Positions 48,865 to 59,335 of a DNA stretch of 64,000 nt are shown one piece after another (the first letter of the stretch is position 1; each line of letters opens with the position of its first letter). Location: contig JABJOE010000006.1 of assembly GCA_018664485.1 (NCBI GenBank), forward strand, positions 7,294 through 71,293, given 5' to 3'. This stretch comes from Candidatus Uhrbacteria bacterium. GTDB taxonomy: Bacteria > Patescibacteriota > Patescibacteriia > UBA9934. Made by a program: the position numbers and the translations under genes. The notes below the pieces were generated by a model. The model worked only from the letters and a program-made list of their open reading frames with translations. It was not told the origin of the DNA and did no database searches.

Positions 48865-49836
48865 TTACTCGTCCCAACTAAAAGTTTTAAATGCCCAGGC
48901 TGCCAATCCCTTTGCTTCATCTGCGCGAGCGTCCTTGCTTTCAGCCCCCATTACGATCACATGGACAGCATGATCACCCTCCTGCACGGTTGTTGCAAGA
49001 ACATACCCTGCTTCTGGCAAAAACCCCGTCTTCCCACCCAGTACATCATAGTTCCCATTATTCAGGAAGCTTGTTAGTAACACATTCGTATTATTAACCG
49101 TAATACTGTTACCGCTTTGCGAAAGAGTAGTGCTCGACGACTGCATAAACGACTTTATAATCTCATTCTCGTCAGCCACCTCAAGTAGAGTTACCAAATC
49201 ACGAGCGGTCGACAGATTATCAGGATCAACCCCTGTAGGATCTGCAAACATGGAATTCGTCATCTCAAGCTCCACCGCTTTTTCGTTCATGCGAGCAATG
49301 AAATCCTCTATATCCAATCCTGAAAATCGAGCTAATGATTGTGTTGCAGTATTATCTGACCCTACAAGACTGGCAGCTAACACATCTTCCAGTAAAACCG
49401 GCTCATAGAAAGCAACGTAATGTCGCCCTCCCCCTACGTAATCTTGCTTTGGATCAAGTGTAACGTATTGCGATAAGTCAGGCTCCGTGTCCAAAAATAC
49501 CAGAGCACTCATCAACTTTGTAACACTGCCGATCGCTCGAAGCTGGTCAGGTTGTTTAGCGAATAATATCGCACCACTGTCGCGGTCTACCACCAACGCA
49601 CTCCGCGCCGACGTTACAATACCGAAAGAATCTGTATCAACTTTAACAGGTGCATCGTATCTTGCCTGCGCCTCAGGCAAAACCTCCATAGCAAGGCGTA
49701 ACTCTTGCGAACTCCACGCGGGTCGATCTATATCAACGGCAGCATCCGCCTGCCACTGATAATAGCCCGCATCAACTGGAAACAAGTTAACTAAAGTTGT
49801 TGCAAAAACAAGTTGTGTGATCGCCTTGAAAATCAT
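48865..49836 (-). CDS. D-alanyl-D-alanine carboxy/endopeptidase (peptidase S11)
   Basis: SVTK, SDN and KTG catalytic motifs. Confidence 0.92.
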   Translation of the reverse strand: MIFKAITQLVFATTLVNLFPVDAGYYQWQADAAVDIDRPAWSSQELRLAMEVLPEAQARYDAPVKVDTDSFGIVTSARSALVVDRDSGAILFAKQPDQLRAIGSVTKLMSALVFLDTEPDLSQYVTLDPKQDYVGGGRHYVAFYEPVLLEDVLAASLVGSDNTATQSLARFSGLDIEDFIARMNEKAVELEMTNSMFADPTGVDPDNLSTARDLVTLLEVADENEIIKSFMQSSSTTLSQSGNSITVNNTNVLLTSFLNNGNYDVLGGKTGFLPEAGYVLATTVQEGDHAVHVIVMGAESKDARADEAKGLAAWAFKTFSWDE

Positions 49837-49841
49837 AGCCA

Positions 49842-50387
49842 CTATCCATCGAGCGAATGAAGCATCTGATCGATCTTGGAATGCTTGTGAAGATCTTCAA
49901 AGTCCGGCAACTCATCAGCCTTATGAATTCCGAGATGACGGAGCATGTCTGTTGTTAATGAGAACACTGGAAGTAGCTTAATGTCATCATCACGTTCATC
50001 AATCAAACCGCGCATCAAAAGATTTCTAATAATCAGAGAGCAATTAACACCTCGGATATGCTCTACTTCTGCCTTTGTAATAGGGCCGCGGTATGCAATG
50101 ATCGTTAAGGTCTCAAGCTGAGGTCGTGTGAGCTCAGACTTCATCTCATCTTTCGTTTGAGTCTTTAACTCTTCTCCGAATATTGGATTTGTAACAAGAG
50201 CTACGCCATCTACAGTAGATAATATGTGGATACCAGACGCATCTACATTTCTGAGTTTCATCAAAGTCTCTACCGACTCCTGAACCTGCTCGCTTTTAAC
50301 AGACAAAATACGCGCAATAGCCTTAAACGTCATTGGCTTTGTGCGAAGGAATAATATAGCTTCGATTTTTGCTGCAAGATTTTCCAT
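49842..50387 (-). CDS. scpB: SMC-Scp complex subunit ScpB
   Basis: IEAILF, LETL.IIAYRGPIT..E...IRGVN. Confidence 0.94.
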   Translation of the reverse strand: MENLAAKIEAILFLRTKPMTFKAIARILSVKSEQVQESVETLMKLRNVDASGIHILSTVDGVALVTNPIFGEELKTQTKDEMKSELTRPQLETLTIIAYRGPITKAEVEHIRGVNCSLIIRNLLMRGLIDERDDDIKLLPVFSLTTDMLRHLGIHKADELPDFEDLHKHSKIDQMLHSLDG

Positions 50388-50435
50388 AATAATTTTATAC
50401 GACTACGTAAACGATTCAGATATATCTATCAAACT

Positions 50436-51134
50436 CTACATCCTTTCAATTAAGACATCCTGCCCCGACTGCCGCACAGACACATGCTGTCGCCGTGCCA
50501 ACTCGAGCAACGCAAGAAAGCTTACGACCACATCCATCTTTCGCTTAGCGCCAGACACCACATCTTGAAACTTCATCGAAGCACGAGATTGAAGTACTGT
50601 CGTTAATTCTGAAATACGCTCCTCCACAGACTTCACACGCTCCATTGAAACCTGTTGCAAAGTAAAGAACGGTTGAAGACGTTTTAGCAATCCTGCAAAT
50701 GCTGTACGTAGATTATCTGATGTCAGATTTTCTGCCGGTGCAAATGCTGGTTTCTGATCAATTTTAATACGAGTGAAGGGCCGCTCAAAGGAACGTTCTG
50801 TATTTGAAAACTGTTCATTGATCTTCTCTGCCGCATTAACAAACAAACGATACAATCTCAACTGCTCCTCGAGCTCGCCAATCTCTTCCTCCTCTTCATC
50901 CATGCGAAGATAAGGCATCAACTCACGACTTTTCAAATAAATAAGTCGAGAAGCGATTAACAAAAAATCAGCCAGCTCCTCTGGAAGAACGTCGGCCGAT
51001 TCTAAACGCAATAAATATTCGTCAGCAATGTCGGCAAGAGCAACATCTGTAATCTCAAGCTCTCTCTTGTCTAGCAATTCCAAAAGAAGCCCAAGTGGGC
51101 CTGAAAACGCATCTTGCTTAACTGAAAACTCCAT
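50436..51134 (-). CDS. scpA: Segregation/condensation protein ScpA
   Basis: FSGPL.LLL.L, LIYLKSR.L.P, VVSFLALLEL. Confidence 0.94.
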   Translation of the reverse strand: MEFSVKQDAFSGPLGLLLELLDKRELEITDVALADIADEYLLRLESADVLPEELADFLLIASRLIYLKSRELMPYLRMDEEEEEIGELEEQLRLYRLFVNAAEKINEQFSNTERSFERPFTRIKIDQKPAFAPAENLTSDNLRTAFAGLLKRLQPFFTLQQVSMERVKSVEERISELTTVLQSRASMKFQDVVSGAKRKMDVVVSFLALLELARRQHVSVRQSGQDVLIERM

Positions 51135-51388
51135 AACCCCTACATTTTAACACATTTCGTCCTTCCACTCACGAAAACTATAAGATCATCAAAACACTAT
51201 ACTGCAGGCAAAAAGCTGACATAGATAACATGGAATTCTATCTGTTTTAAAGGCTGATTTTAGCTATCCACAGAAACTGACGAAAAATGTTTGTCAGAAT
51301 TTCCGCGGCTCATATACTACTCAACGTAGTCACAAGTCACCGTACCACTACAAATAAACAACGTCTTACAAACTACTTCATAAAGTCT

Positions 51389-53221
51389 ATGTGTGGAATC
51401 ATTGGTTATACCGGAACACAGGAAGCCTCCCCTTTTCTGCTCGCAGGGCTTAAGCGATTAGAATATCGAGGATACGACTCTGCAGGCATCGGCGTGTTAA
51501 ACAAAGAAATAAATATTGTACGTGCACAAGGCCCGATCTGTGAGCTCGAAAAAACTCTAGTGAAAAATACACCCGACGGTTCTTGCGGTATTGCGCACAC
51601 TCGCTGGGCAACACATGGGGTTCCCTCAGAAGCCAACGCCCATCCCCACCGTGACTGTTCAGGTGACATTGCCATCATTCACAACGGGATAATCGAGAAC
51701 CACTTAGTTCTCCGTCGTGCACTAACGCTACGGGGCCACGTATTTAAATCTCAGACAGACAGCGAAGTTATATCTCACTTACTCGAAGAGACCATCGCCG
51801 ACACTGACTCCCTACAAGATGCGTTTGAGCAATTATTAGGACAGCTCACTGGCGCGTATGGAATTGTGGCGATGATTAAAAGTAGTCCTGGCACCTTATT
51901 TGTAGCGCGTATGGGTAGTCCTATCGTGCTTGGCAGACGAGATGGAGATCGGTTTGTTTGTTCAGATGCGACAGCGATGGCGGACTGGGTGGATGATGTG
52001 ATTTATTTGGATGACGGGGAACGCGCACTCCTACAACCCAATAACGAACCCATCATATGGACAAAAGAATCCGAGAACATCTCAAAGCAACATCACACTA
52101 TCAGCTGGGATACATCCGTTGCGTCCAAGAAACGCTACGCCCACTTCATGCTCAAGGAGATGATGGAACAGCCCAAGGTAGTAGAGGATACGATGCGCGG
52201 CAGACTGATCGCGCAGAAAGGTATTGCCCACTTTGGTGGCTTGGAGGATGTTCGCGAACGCCTCCGAGAAATAGATCGTCTGATTATCGTTGCCTGCGGC
52301 ACGGCGTACTACGCAGGATGCGTCGGTGAATACATGCTCGAGCACTACGCAGGCATTCCCGTCGAGGTTGAGCTCGCAAGCGAATTCCGCTATCGCCACC
52401 CAGTTATAAATAGACACACTGCGGTACTTGCGATCACCCAGTCTGGTGAAACCGCCGATACACTCGCTGCAATACGCGAGGCGAAAACACAAGGGGCCCT
52501 CACGCTTGGAATAGTTAATGTTCCGGGGTCAACAATCGCTCGCGAAACAGATGCTGGAATATATACAAGAGCGGGCTCTGAGATCGGCGTAGCTTCAACT
52601 AAGGCGTTTATAACACAGGTTACAGCACTCGCAATGCTCACTCTCTTTTTTGGACGTGACCGTAACCTCGAAGAAACAGAAGCAATCAAAATCGCAAAAG
52701 AGTTGGAACTTATACCAGACAAGATAGAAAGTATTTTAAAACTTCGCCCGCAAATAAAAGCGTTGGCAGATAAATATCAATGGATGCAAAACGCATTCTT
52801 CCTGGGTCGAACATACCAAGCCCCTATCGCATATGAGGGAGCTCTAAAGCTAAAAGAGATTAGCTTGATTCATGCTGAAGGATATAGTGCCGGTGAATTG
52901 AAACATGGGCCGCTCGCCCTTATCGATGAGAGGTTTCCAAGCATTGTAATATGCCCACGCGATGAAGTGTACGAAAAGACGCTTTCAAACATTGCAGAAA
53001 TTAAAGCGCGCAAAGGACCCGTTATTGCAATTACGGACATTGGTAATACCGATATCGTAGAGCTTGTTGACGACGTTATCCACATTCCAAGCACACATGA
53101 AATGCTCTCACCACTTCTCACGGCAATCCCAACGCAGCTATTCGCATATGAAATGTCGCTTCTTCAAGGCTATGACCCTGACAAACCTCGCAACCTTGCA
53201 AAGAGTGTTACTGTCGAATGA
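51389..53221 (+). CDS. glmS: Glutamine--fructose-6-phosphate aminotransferase
   Basis: MCGIIG start, LEYRGYDSAG, HTRWATHG, QSGETADT, PRNLAKSVTVE. Confidence 0.97.
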   Translation: MCGIIGYTGTQEASPFLLAGLKRLEYRGYDSAGIGVLNKEINIVRAQGPICELEKTLVKNTPDGSCGIAHTRWATHGVPSEANAHPHRDCSGDIAIIHNGIIENHLVLRRALTLRGHVFKSQTDSEVISHLLEETIADTDSLQDAFEQLLGQLTGAYGIVAMIKSSPGTLFVARMGSPIVLGRRDGDRFVCSDATAMADWVDDVIYLDDGERALLQPNNEPIIWTKESENISKQHHTISWDTSVASKKRYAHFMLKEMMEQPKVVEDTMRGRLIAQKGIAHFGGLEDVRERLREIDRLIIVACGTAYYAGCVGEYMLEHYAGIPVEVELASEFRYRHPVINRHTAVLAITQSGETADTLAAIREAKTQGALTLGIVNVPGSTIARETDAGIYTRAGSEIGVASTKAFITQVTALAMLTLFFGRDRNLEETEAIKIAKELELIPDKIESILKLRPQIKALADKYQWMQNAFFLGRTYQAPIAYEGALKLKEISLIHAEGYSAGELKHGPLALIDERFPSIVICPRDEVYEKTLSNIAEIKARKGPVIAITDIGNTDIVELVDDVIHIPSTHEMLSPLLTAIPTQLFAYEMSLLQGYDPDKPRNLAKSVTVE

Positions 53222-53228
53222 TGCAAAC

Positions 53229-53257
53229 AAAAAACCGAGCACAGCGCCCGGTTTTTT
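53229..53257. terminator. Bidirectional terminator
   Basis: AAAAAACCG.GC...GC.CGGTTTTTT between convergent glmS and aspS. Confidence 0.7.
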
Positions 53258-53263
53258 ACTTTT

Positions 53264-54658
53264 TTAGATATCTAGCTTGATATGTGCTTCTTGAAGTGAA
53301 GCTCCAGTTACTTCAGACGGTGCATCCATGATTGATGTCGTGGCTCGACCAGTCATTGGGAAGGCCTGTGTCTCACGTAGAGACTCCTCGCCAGTCATAG
53401 TCATCAATGTCCGCTCAACACCAAGTGCAATACCTCCATGAGGCGGAGCGCCGTACTCAAAGGCTTCTATCATATGCCCAACGGACTCCACAGTCTCTTC
53501 TTCTGTATAGCCCATATTCTTGTACGTAGCCTTCAAAACTTCCGGCTCATGCGCACGAATACTTCCTCCGCCGGCCTCATATCCATTACAAACAAGGTCG
53601 TACTGAGAGGTCAAAATCTTTTCAATGTTCGTACCGGCAAGATGGTCTTCTCTCCACTCTGGCAGAGGATTTGAGAACGGATTATGTGTAAACGTCCATT
53701 GTCCATCTGCAGCTTTCTCAAAGAAAGGAAAGTCTACCACCCAAGAATATGCCAATACGTCGCCAGCTTCTTTCTCTTCCTCTGTTCGAAGGTCAAACTT
53801 ATCTGCTCCAAACTTCTCCATAGCCTCCGCGTACGTAAATCGTGGGAAAGGCTTCTCCTTGATCTTCATTCCCATTCCTTCTGCAACCTCAATCATCATA
53901 GCCTCAACTAGCTCCATGACATCAGCCTGCTCCACAAAACTCATCTCCAAGTCAATCTGACTATGCTCAAATCCACGATCTGCTCGAGGGTCTTCGTCAC
54001 GGAAGCAACGCGCAATCTGGAAATAACGTTCAAAACCACCAACCATCAACAACTGCTTGTACTGTTGTGGGCTTTGTGGAAGAGCAAAGAACTTTCCTGG
54101 CTGCAAACGAGCCGGCACAATAAAGTCACGTGACCCTTCTGCTGTAGCCTTTGTAAGATATGGTGTTTCAATTTCGGTAAATCCCTTTGTGTAAAGATGA
54201 TCTCGAACTCCGCGTACCATCTCGGATCGCATCTTCATGTTTTTGTTCAAACGATCTGAACGCAAGTCCAAGTAACGATATTTCAAACGAACTTCTTCAT
54301 TCACACCGATAGTGTCTTTATCGATCTCAAACGGAGGTGTCTTTGATTCATTTAAAACCGTAATCTTTGTAGCTAGAATTTCAACTGTTCCGCTTAGCAT
54401 GTCTGGATTTATCTGCTTCTCGCTACGCTTCTGTACAACACCCTCAATCTGTACAACCCATTCATTACGAAGCTTTCCGGCAACCTCAGCAAACTCGCCA
54501 AGTTCAGAAGGCACAGCAACAATCTGTAAAAGACCATCCTTATCTCGAAGGTCAAAAAACTTTACTTTCCCCATGTCTCGTCTGGCATGGATCCAACCAG
54601 CAACCATAACAGTCTCCTCTGCGTGATTTGGTGTCTCTGATGTCAATATTCGTTTCAT
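53264..54658 (-). CDS. aspS: Aspartate--tRNA ligase (short form)
   Basis: F.DLRD, RLKYRYLDLR, LPQSPQQYKQLLM, CFRDED.RADR, GAPPHGGIALG. Confidence 0.95.
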   Translation of the reverse strand: MKRILTSETPNHAEETVMVAGWIHARRDMGKVKFFDLRDKDGLLQIVAVPSELGEFAEVAGKLRNEWVVQIEGVVQKRSEKQINPDMLSGTVEILATKITVLNESKTPPFEIDKDTIGVNEEVRLKYRYLDLRSDRLNKNMKMRSEMVRGVRDHLYTKGFTEIETPYLTKATAEGSRDFIVPARLQPGKFFALPQSPQQYKQLLMVGGFERYFQIARCFRDEDPRADRGFEHSQIDLEMSFVEQADVMELVEAMMIEVAEGMGMKIKEKPFPRFTYAEAMEKFGADKFDLRTEEEKEAGDVLAYSWVVDFPFFEKAADGQWTFTHNPFSNPLPEWREDHLAGTNIEKILTSQYDLVCNGYEAGGGSIRAHEPEVLKATYKNMGYTEEETVESVGHMIEAFEYGAPPHGGIALGVERTLMTMTGEESLRETQAFPMTGRATTSIMDAPSEVTGASLQEAHIKLDI

Positions 54659-54670
54659 ATGGGGTGTATA

Positions 54671-55471
54671 TTACACGTTTGTAGGTACGGAATCAAGTGT
54701 CAAAACCCCTTGCCAAAAGGGTATTTCTGAAGCAAAAGGTACGTGATATTGCATTAGTTCATGAGTAATGTCGAGCATTTGTCGAAGATGATCTAATGGC
54801 AATCTAGCCGCCAAGAGGTCATTGAACTGATTTTCGCGAGCCATGCGAAGCAACATCACCATCTCCTGGGTAACAGACTTCGTATCTATCCACTCCTGTT
54901 TTTCGTCTTTCACGCAGTCGGTACAAACCAGTCCTCCCTTACCCGTATGCCAGCGAAAAGAAAGCGGCATGATCTGCTCTTGGCAACTAAGGCAATTCCG
55001 CAACTCCACCTTATAGCCCAGTCGCTCCATGAATCTTAATGTGAACGCACTGAGCAAAAATCTGTAGCGCCATGTTGAAAAAGCCTCTACGTTATCCAAA
55101 AATTTTAACCACGCATATAAATCCTCGTACAAGTCTCGATCAGGATCTTCCACGTGTGTGTGCCTATCTATAATTCTCATCATCGACTGGGCAAACAGTC
55201 TATGCTCAACAACGTTTGCAACATTTGAAAATGACTCTTCCCGTTCAACGGAAATAACAGTCATACTTCTGCGGCCTCTGACAATTTCTAAATCGACAAC
55301 AGCGAACGGTTCGAGATGTGCCGCTAGTTTTGCCTTTGATTTACGTGCCCCCCGCCCCATGAATGACACCTTTCCGTATTCCGGAGTGAGTGCACGATAC
55401 AAACGATCAACCTCGCGAATAGGTTGCGAGGTGATTACAATAGCTTTAGTTTTAAGCGTAGACCAGCTCAT
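54671..55471 (-). CDS. recO: DNA repair protein RecO
   Basis: E.DR....LT..YGK....RG.RK..AKL...LEPF; CxxC...CxxC. Confidence 0.92.
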   Translation of the reverse strand: MSWSTLKTKAIVITSQPIREVDRLYRALTPEYGKVSFMGRGARKSKAKLAAHLEPFAVVDLEIVRGRRSMTVISVEREESFSNVANVVEHRLFAQSMMRIIDRHTHVEDPDRDLYEDLYAWLKFLDNVEAFSTWRYRFLLSAFTLRFMERLGYKVELRNCLSCQEQIMPLSFRWHTGKGGLVCTDCVKDEKQEWIDTKSVTQEMVMLLRMARENQFNDLLAARLPLDHLRQMLDITHELMQYHVPFASEIPFWQGVLTLDSVPTNV

Positions 55472-55866
55472 TTATTTTCATCAATCCAAGCCTGAAGCAA
55501 AATCATGGCAGCTAAAGAATCCTCATCTGCAAGTGCACCTTCTTCTTTTTGTAAACGTTGAGCTTCACGGGAAGTGTGACTCTCATCTATCTCGTGAATT
55601 TCAATAGAAAGACGATCAGCGAGATCATCAATAAATGCTCGAATTTCTTTTAGCTGGTCGCCAGAATGAAATGAACCGACAGCTAACGGCACACCGACAA
55701 CTAGCAACTCAGGCTCTTCTTGTGCAACCATTTTTTCAACTACATCCGATGGTGACTGACCGTCAGCAACATAAACAACCTCAAGAGGTGCAGCGACCCT
55801 GCTTTGTTTATCACCAAGAGCAAAACCAATCTTTGCTCGTCCATAATCAACACCCATTATTCGCAT
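55468..55866 (-). CDS. ruvX: RuvX/YqgF family nuclease
   Basis: MGVDYG..KIG.A.GD, VVGVP, DES.TS, D..AA.ILLQ.W. Confidence 0.92.
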   Translation of the reverse strand: MRIMGVDYGRAKIGFALGDKQSRVAAPLEVVYVADGQSPSDVVEKMVAQEEPELLVVGVPLAVGSFHSGDQLKEIRAFIDDLADRLSIEIHEIDESHTSREAQRLQKEEGALADEDSLAAMILLQAWIDENK

Positions 55867-55867
55867 A

Positions 55868-56332
55868 CTATTCAACCGTTATCTCATCGCTTATCTCACT
55901 CGGAAAAGAAACGAATGATGGCCGAACTACCTCACCATTTACGGACACTGGCAGGTCATCTTCAATGTCGAAAACTTGATCACCATTATCAACATGTAGA
56001 AGTGTAATGTAGCGCCACCCCTTTGTCATCTCTTCATCTAGATTGATTACCATATCGTCATAAGCGCCAGCCTCAAGATACTCAGACACACCAACGACTT
56101 CCGCTGGAGCTCCGCTCATAGAAAAGTGAACAGTAATCCAACCCGGCTCTGAAAGTTCTGCATCGAGAGTTACCGTTTCTGTAGCATCCTGATCTTCAAC
56201 AAGGATCGAACCCCCATCAAGATCTACCGGCTTATAACCGATTTGTGGAGCTGATTTCGAAAATGCGAAGTAGGCTGCGAGCAGGATAAGGATCGCTACT
56301 ACTCCGATAACTGATAAGACATCTTTTTTCAT
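55868..56332 (-). CDS. Hypothetical membrane-anchored beta-sandwich protein
   Basis: N-terminal TM; V.DQ...GW..VH...G.S..L.AG...LH.DNGD..FD...D.P pattern. Confidence 0.7.
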   Translation of the reverse strand: MKKDVLSVIGVVAILILLAAYFAFSKSAPQIGYKPVDLDGGSILVEDQDATETVTLDAELSEPGWITVHFSMSGAPAEVVGVSEYLEAGAYDDMVINLDEEMTKGWRYITLLHVDNGDQVFDIEDDLPVSVNGEVVRPSFVSFPSEISDEITVE

Positions 56333-56411
56333 ATTTTGATGGTAATCTTTTACAGATATATTCTATCACGAATAAAAAAATGGCTAAAATAAGCCATCTT
56401 TTCATCTAACT

Positions 56412-57194
56412 TTAAATTCCAACTTCGGGTTGTGGTGTTAGAATCTCGGGACCATTCTTGGTTACCGCAAGAGTTACCTCGAAATGACCAGCATCTGAAC
56501 CATCCTCTGTAACGATGGTCCAACCGTCATCCGCTGTTTCAATCTCATGAGTTCCCGTTGTAAGCATCGGCTCAATAGCCAAACACATCCCCTCTTTGAT
56601 TTTCACCTTTGGAAATGACCCACCTCTGAAGTTCGGAACATGTGGCTTTTCATGAACCTTATGGCCAACACCGTGACCAACAAGCGCGCGAACGATTCCA
56701 TAAGTCTTCATATCGATGGCGTCCTCCACAGCTCCTGAAATATCTGAGATCATATTACCAGCCTTGGCATTTTCGACACCGGCATACATAGAATCACGCG
56801 TTGCGCGCAATAGCGCCATACGTTCCTTTGAAATATTCCCGATAGGAATTGTAACAGCCATATCTGTACACAGATCCTTGTACCAACAACCAATATCTAG
56901 CCCCAAAATGTCTCCATCTTCGAGAACAATATCTCGGCTGCCGACACCGTGAACCACCTCATCATTTTTTGATATACAAACAGTTGATGGGAATGGGATA
57001 TCACCCCCACCCTTATACCCCTTAAAAGATGGCGTACCTCCCCCTTCTTCAATTACGCTGGTTGCTATCTCATCCAAATGACGCATAGTCACACCAGGTT
57101 TTGCTACGTCTACCGCAGCTTGCAAGGCACGCGAAAGCAATGCACCACCTTGGCGCATTATCTCTATTTCATCCTCTGTTTTAATCAAGGCCAT
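56412..57194 (-). CDS. map: Methionine aminopeptidase type I
   Basis: VVHG, D.G...D.A.T, GHGVG..VHE.P, AIEPM, HFE.T. Confidence 0.96.
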   Translation of the reverse strand: MALIKTEDEIEIMRQGGALLSRALQAAVDVAKPGVTMRHLDEIATSVIEEGGGTPSFKGYKGGGDIPFPSTVCISKNDEVVHGVGSRDIVLEDGDILGLDIGCWYKDLCTDMAVTIPIGNISKERMALLRATRDSMYAGVENAKAGNMISDISGAVEDAIDMKTYGIVRALVGHGVGHKVHEKPHVPNFRGGSFPKVKIKEGMCLAIEPMLTTGTHEIETADDGWTIVTEDGSDAGHFEVTLAVTKNGPEILTPQPEVGI

Positions 57195-57196
57195 AT

Positions 57197-57748
57197 CTAA
57201 AGTCCTAGGGCGTTGTTAATATTTTCTGAAATTTCTTCGATCGTACCAATACCATCAATATCATGCACGACGCCACTGTCACGATAAGAATCAATGATCG
57301 GCTTTGTTTCACCCTCGTAAATATCTAAACGTCTGTTGATAGCCTCAGGCGTATCATCCACACGTTGTTCCACCTTAGCTCGCTCCAAAATACGGTTCAC
57401 TGACTCCTCTCGTGGAACGGTGATGATCAACATAGCCGTTGGCTGATCAAAGGTTTTGTACGTCTCGTTCTGCGCCGCATTTCTTGGATACCCATCTAAA
57501 ATATATCCGTCCTTTGCATCTTCCTGGTCGAGTCTTTGCTTCAACACTTCCAGAGCCGTTTCATCAGGAACCAACTCACCACGATCGATGATGCCACCAA
57601 TTGTTTTTCCGAGTTCAGAGCCACCACTTTTAACTTCTCGAAGAAGCTGTCCCATTGAGAGTGCTGGAATCCCTAATTTGTCTGCGAGGATATTTGCCTG
57701 TGTTCCTTTTCCGCTTCCCTGTGGTCCTAGAATTAAGATCTTATGCAT
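57197..57748 (-). CDS. adk: Adenylate kinase (short, LID-less type)
   Basis: GPQGSGKGTQ, G.LVPD, LDGYPR, R.DD. Confidence 0.94.
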   Translation of the reverse strand: MHKILILGPQGSGKGTQANILADKLGIPALSMGQLLREVKSGGSELGKTIGGIIDRGELVPDETALEVLKQRLDQEDAKDGYILDGYPRNAAQNETYKTFDQPTAMLIITVPREESVNRILERAKVEQRVDDTPEAINRRLDIYEGETKPIIDSYRDSGVVHDIDGIGTIEEISENINNALGL

Positions 57749-57750
57749 AT

Positions 57751-57978
57751 TTAAAATATCTTTGATAATAGACTCTTTACAGCTCCGTCACTAATCAGTC
57801 CGGCGTTTGCAAGATCTCGTAACATCTCTTTTGTATGAGCTTCACTTAATCCACTATGTTTCTCTTGTAGAACCCTCAGAGCAGCGCTCACGAGGTCTCT
57901 TTTTGCGCCAGAGACATAAGAAACACGCCCAGTGAGTTCGCGAATTTGATATTCAGTTAGTTTTTGTTTTTCACTCAT
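57751..57978 (-). CDS. Hypothetical protein
   Basis: 75-aa ORF ending 2 nt before adk; upstream TTGCAG-17-TACTCT (57988-58016). Confidence 0.6.
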   Translation of the reverse strand: MSEKQKLTEYQIRELTGRVSYVSGAKRDLVSAALRVLQEKHSGLSEAHTKEMLRDLANAGLISDGAVKSLLSKIF

Positions 57979-58018
57979 ACCGTGTCTAGAGTACCGTTGA
58001 TTACCCTTTTCTGCAACT

Positions 58019-58047
58019 AAAAGACCCGCCTTATGGCGAGTCTTTTT
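58019..58047 (-). terminator. Terminator after secY
   Basis: AAAAGAC.CGCC-TTAT-GGCG.GTCTTTT. Confidence 0.75.
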
Positions 58048-58062
58048 ATTTGGAAATTTTAA

Positions 58063-59334
58063 CTAAATCTCGTAATTTCGCATTGCAACCTGAGCTTCGA
58101 TCTGTTTCACCATATCGATTAACACAGCAACTACGATCAAGATTGACGCTCCTCCAACTGCTAGATTCGGGCTTCCAGTAGCTGCCTGCACAAAGAGTGG
58201 AAGAACAGCGATAATCGACAGGAACAGCGCTCCACCAAGCAGAATACGGTTTCGCAACCATTCCAAATAGCTCTGAGTCTGCTCACCCGGTCGAACACCT
58301 GGAATGAATCCACCCTGCTTCTGCAGATTCTCGGCAACCTGGTCAGGCCGGAAAATGATAGCTGCGTAGAAGAATGTGAAAGAAAATACTAGTAGGAAGA
58401 ACACTACTCCGTAGAACAGGTTATCAGCAAAGATAACGATCACCCAGTTAGCAGCCTTCTGCACTATCTCTGAGCGAGCATCTGCGAAGAACTGAGCTAG
58501 AAGTGGTGGGAATACAATAATTGAAATAGCGAAGATGATCGGAATCATTCCACCCATATTCACTCGCAATGGCAGATGTGACTGTACCTTTTGACTAGTA
58601 CCACCACGAATTCCACGAGCATACTGAACAGGAACGTTTCGCTGACCCTCATTAATCACAACCACCGCAACCACTGTAACGAGTGTCAGAGCTACGTACA
58701 TAATTACGTTGAATAGCTCCGCAGAAGTATAAGTAGCGATGATCTGCTGAACAACAGTAGGAAGTCCAGAGATAATTCCAGCCAAAATGATAACAGAGAT
58801 TCCGTTTCCTACACCCTTTTCAGAGATAAGTTCACCGAGCCACATAAGGAACATTGTTCCAGCCATCATTGATAGAAGTGCTGCCAGGAGGGAAAATCCA
58901 CCCAGATCAAATCCTGTAGACAAGTGACCTCCCTGCTGTTGGATAATAGTAATAAGCCCGTATCCTTGCACAAGTGCGAGAGGAGCCGTAGCATATCGCG
59001 TCCATCGATTGATTTTTTCACGTCCAGTAGCTTCCTTTTGCATCTCTTCAACCTGCGGGAAAATCATTCCCAACAACTGAAAAGTAATTGATGCCGTAAT
59101 GTATGGAGCTACACCGATAGCAACTAGTGAGAAGCTCTCAAGCGTTCCACCGGAAAATACATTAAGGAGTCCAAGGAACTGATTTGAATCCAGGAAAGTC
59201 GCAAGACCCGTCGGATCAATTCCAGGAACCGTAATATGAGCTGCTACACGAAAAACAGTAATCATCGCCATTAGAAATAGCAAACTGTTACGTAGCTCTT
59301 TAATTCGCCAAATGCTTAGGAATTTTTCCCACAT
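58063..59334 (-). CDS. secY: Preprotein translocase SecY
   Basis: G..PYITASI, WLGE.ISE.GVGNG.S, GGFIPGVRPG. Start moved to MWEKF. Confidence 0.97.
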   Translation of the reverse strand: MWEKFLSIWRIKELRNSLLFLMAMITVFRVAAHITVPGIDPTGLATFLDSNQFLGLLNVFSGGTLESFSLVAIGVAPYITASITFQLLGMIFPQVEEMQKEATGREKINRWTRYATAPLALVQGYGLITIIQQQGGHLSTGFDLGGFSLLAALLSMMAGTMFLMWLGELISEKGVGNGISVIILAGIISGLPTVVQQIIATYTSAELFNVIMYVALTLVTVVAVVVINEGQRNVPVQYARGIRGGTSQKVQSHLPLRVNMGGMIPIIFAISIIVFPPLLAQFFADARSEIVQKAANWVIVIFADNLFYGVVFFLLVFSFTFFYAAIIFRPDQVAENLQKQGGFIPGVRPGEQTQSYLEWLRNRILLGGALFLSIIAVLPLFVQAATGSPNLAVGGASILIVVAVLIDMVKQIEAQVAMRNYEI

Positions 59335-59335
59335 A

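Noticed and set aside
51135-51388. Possible oriC or glmS ribozyme upstream of glmS
   Set aside because: Only one imperfect DnaA-like box (CTATCCACA), no cluster, and no recognisable ribozyme core.
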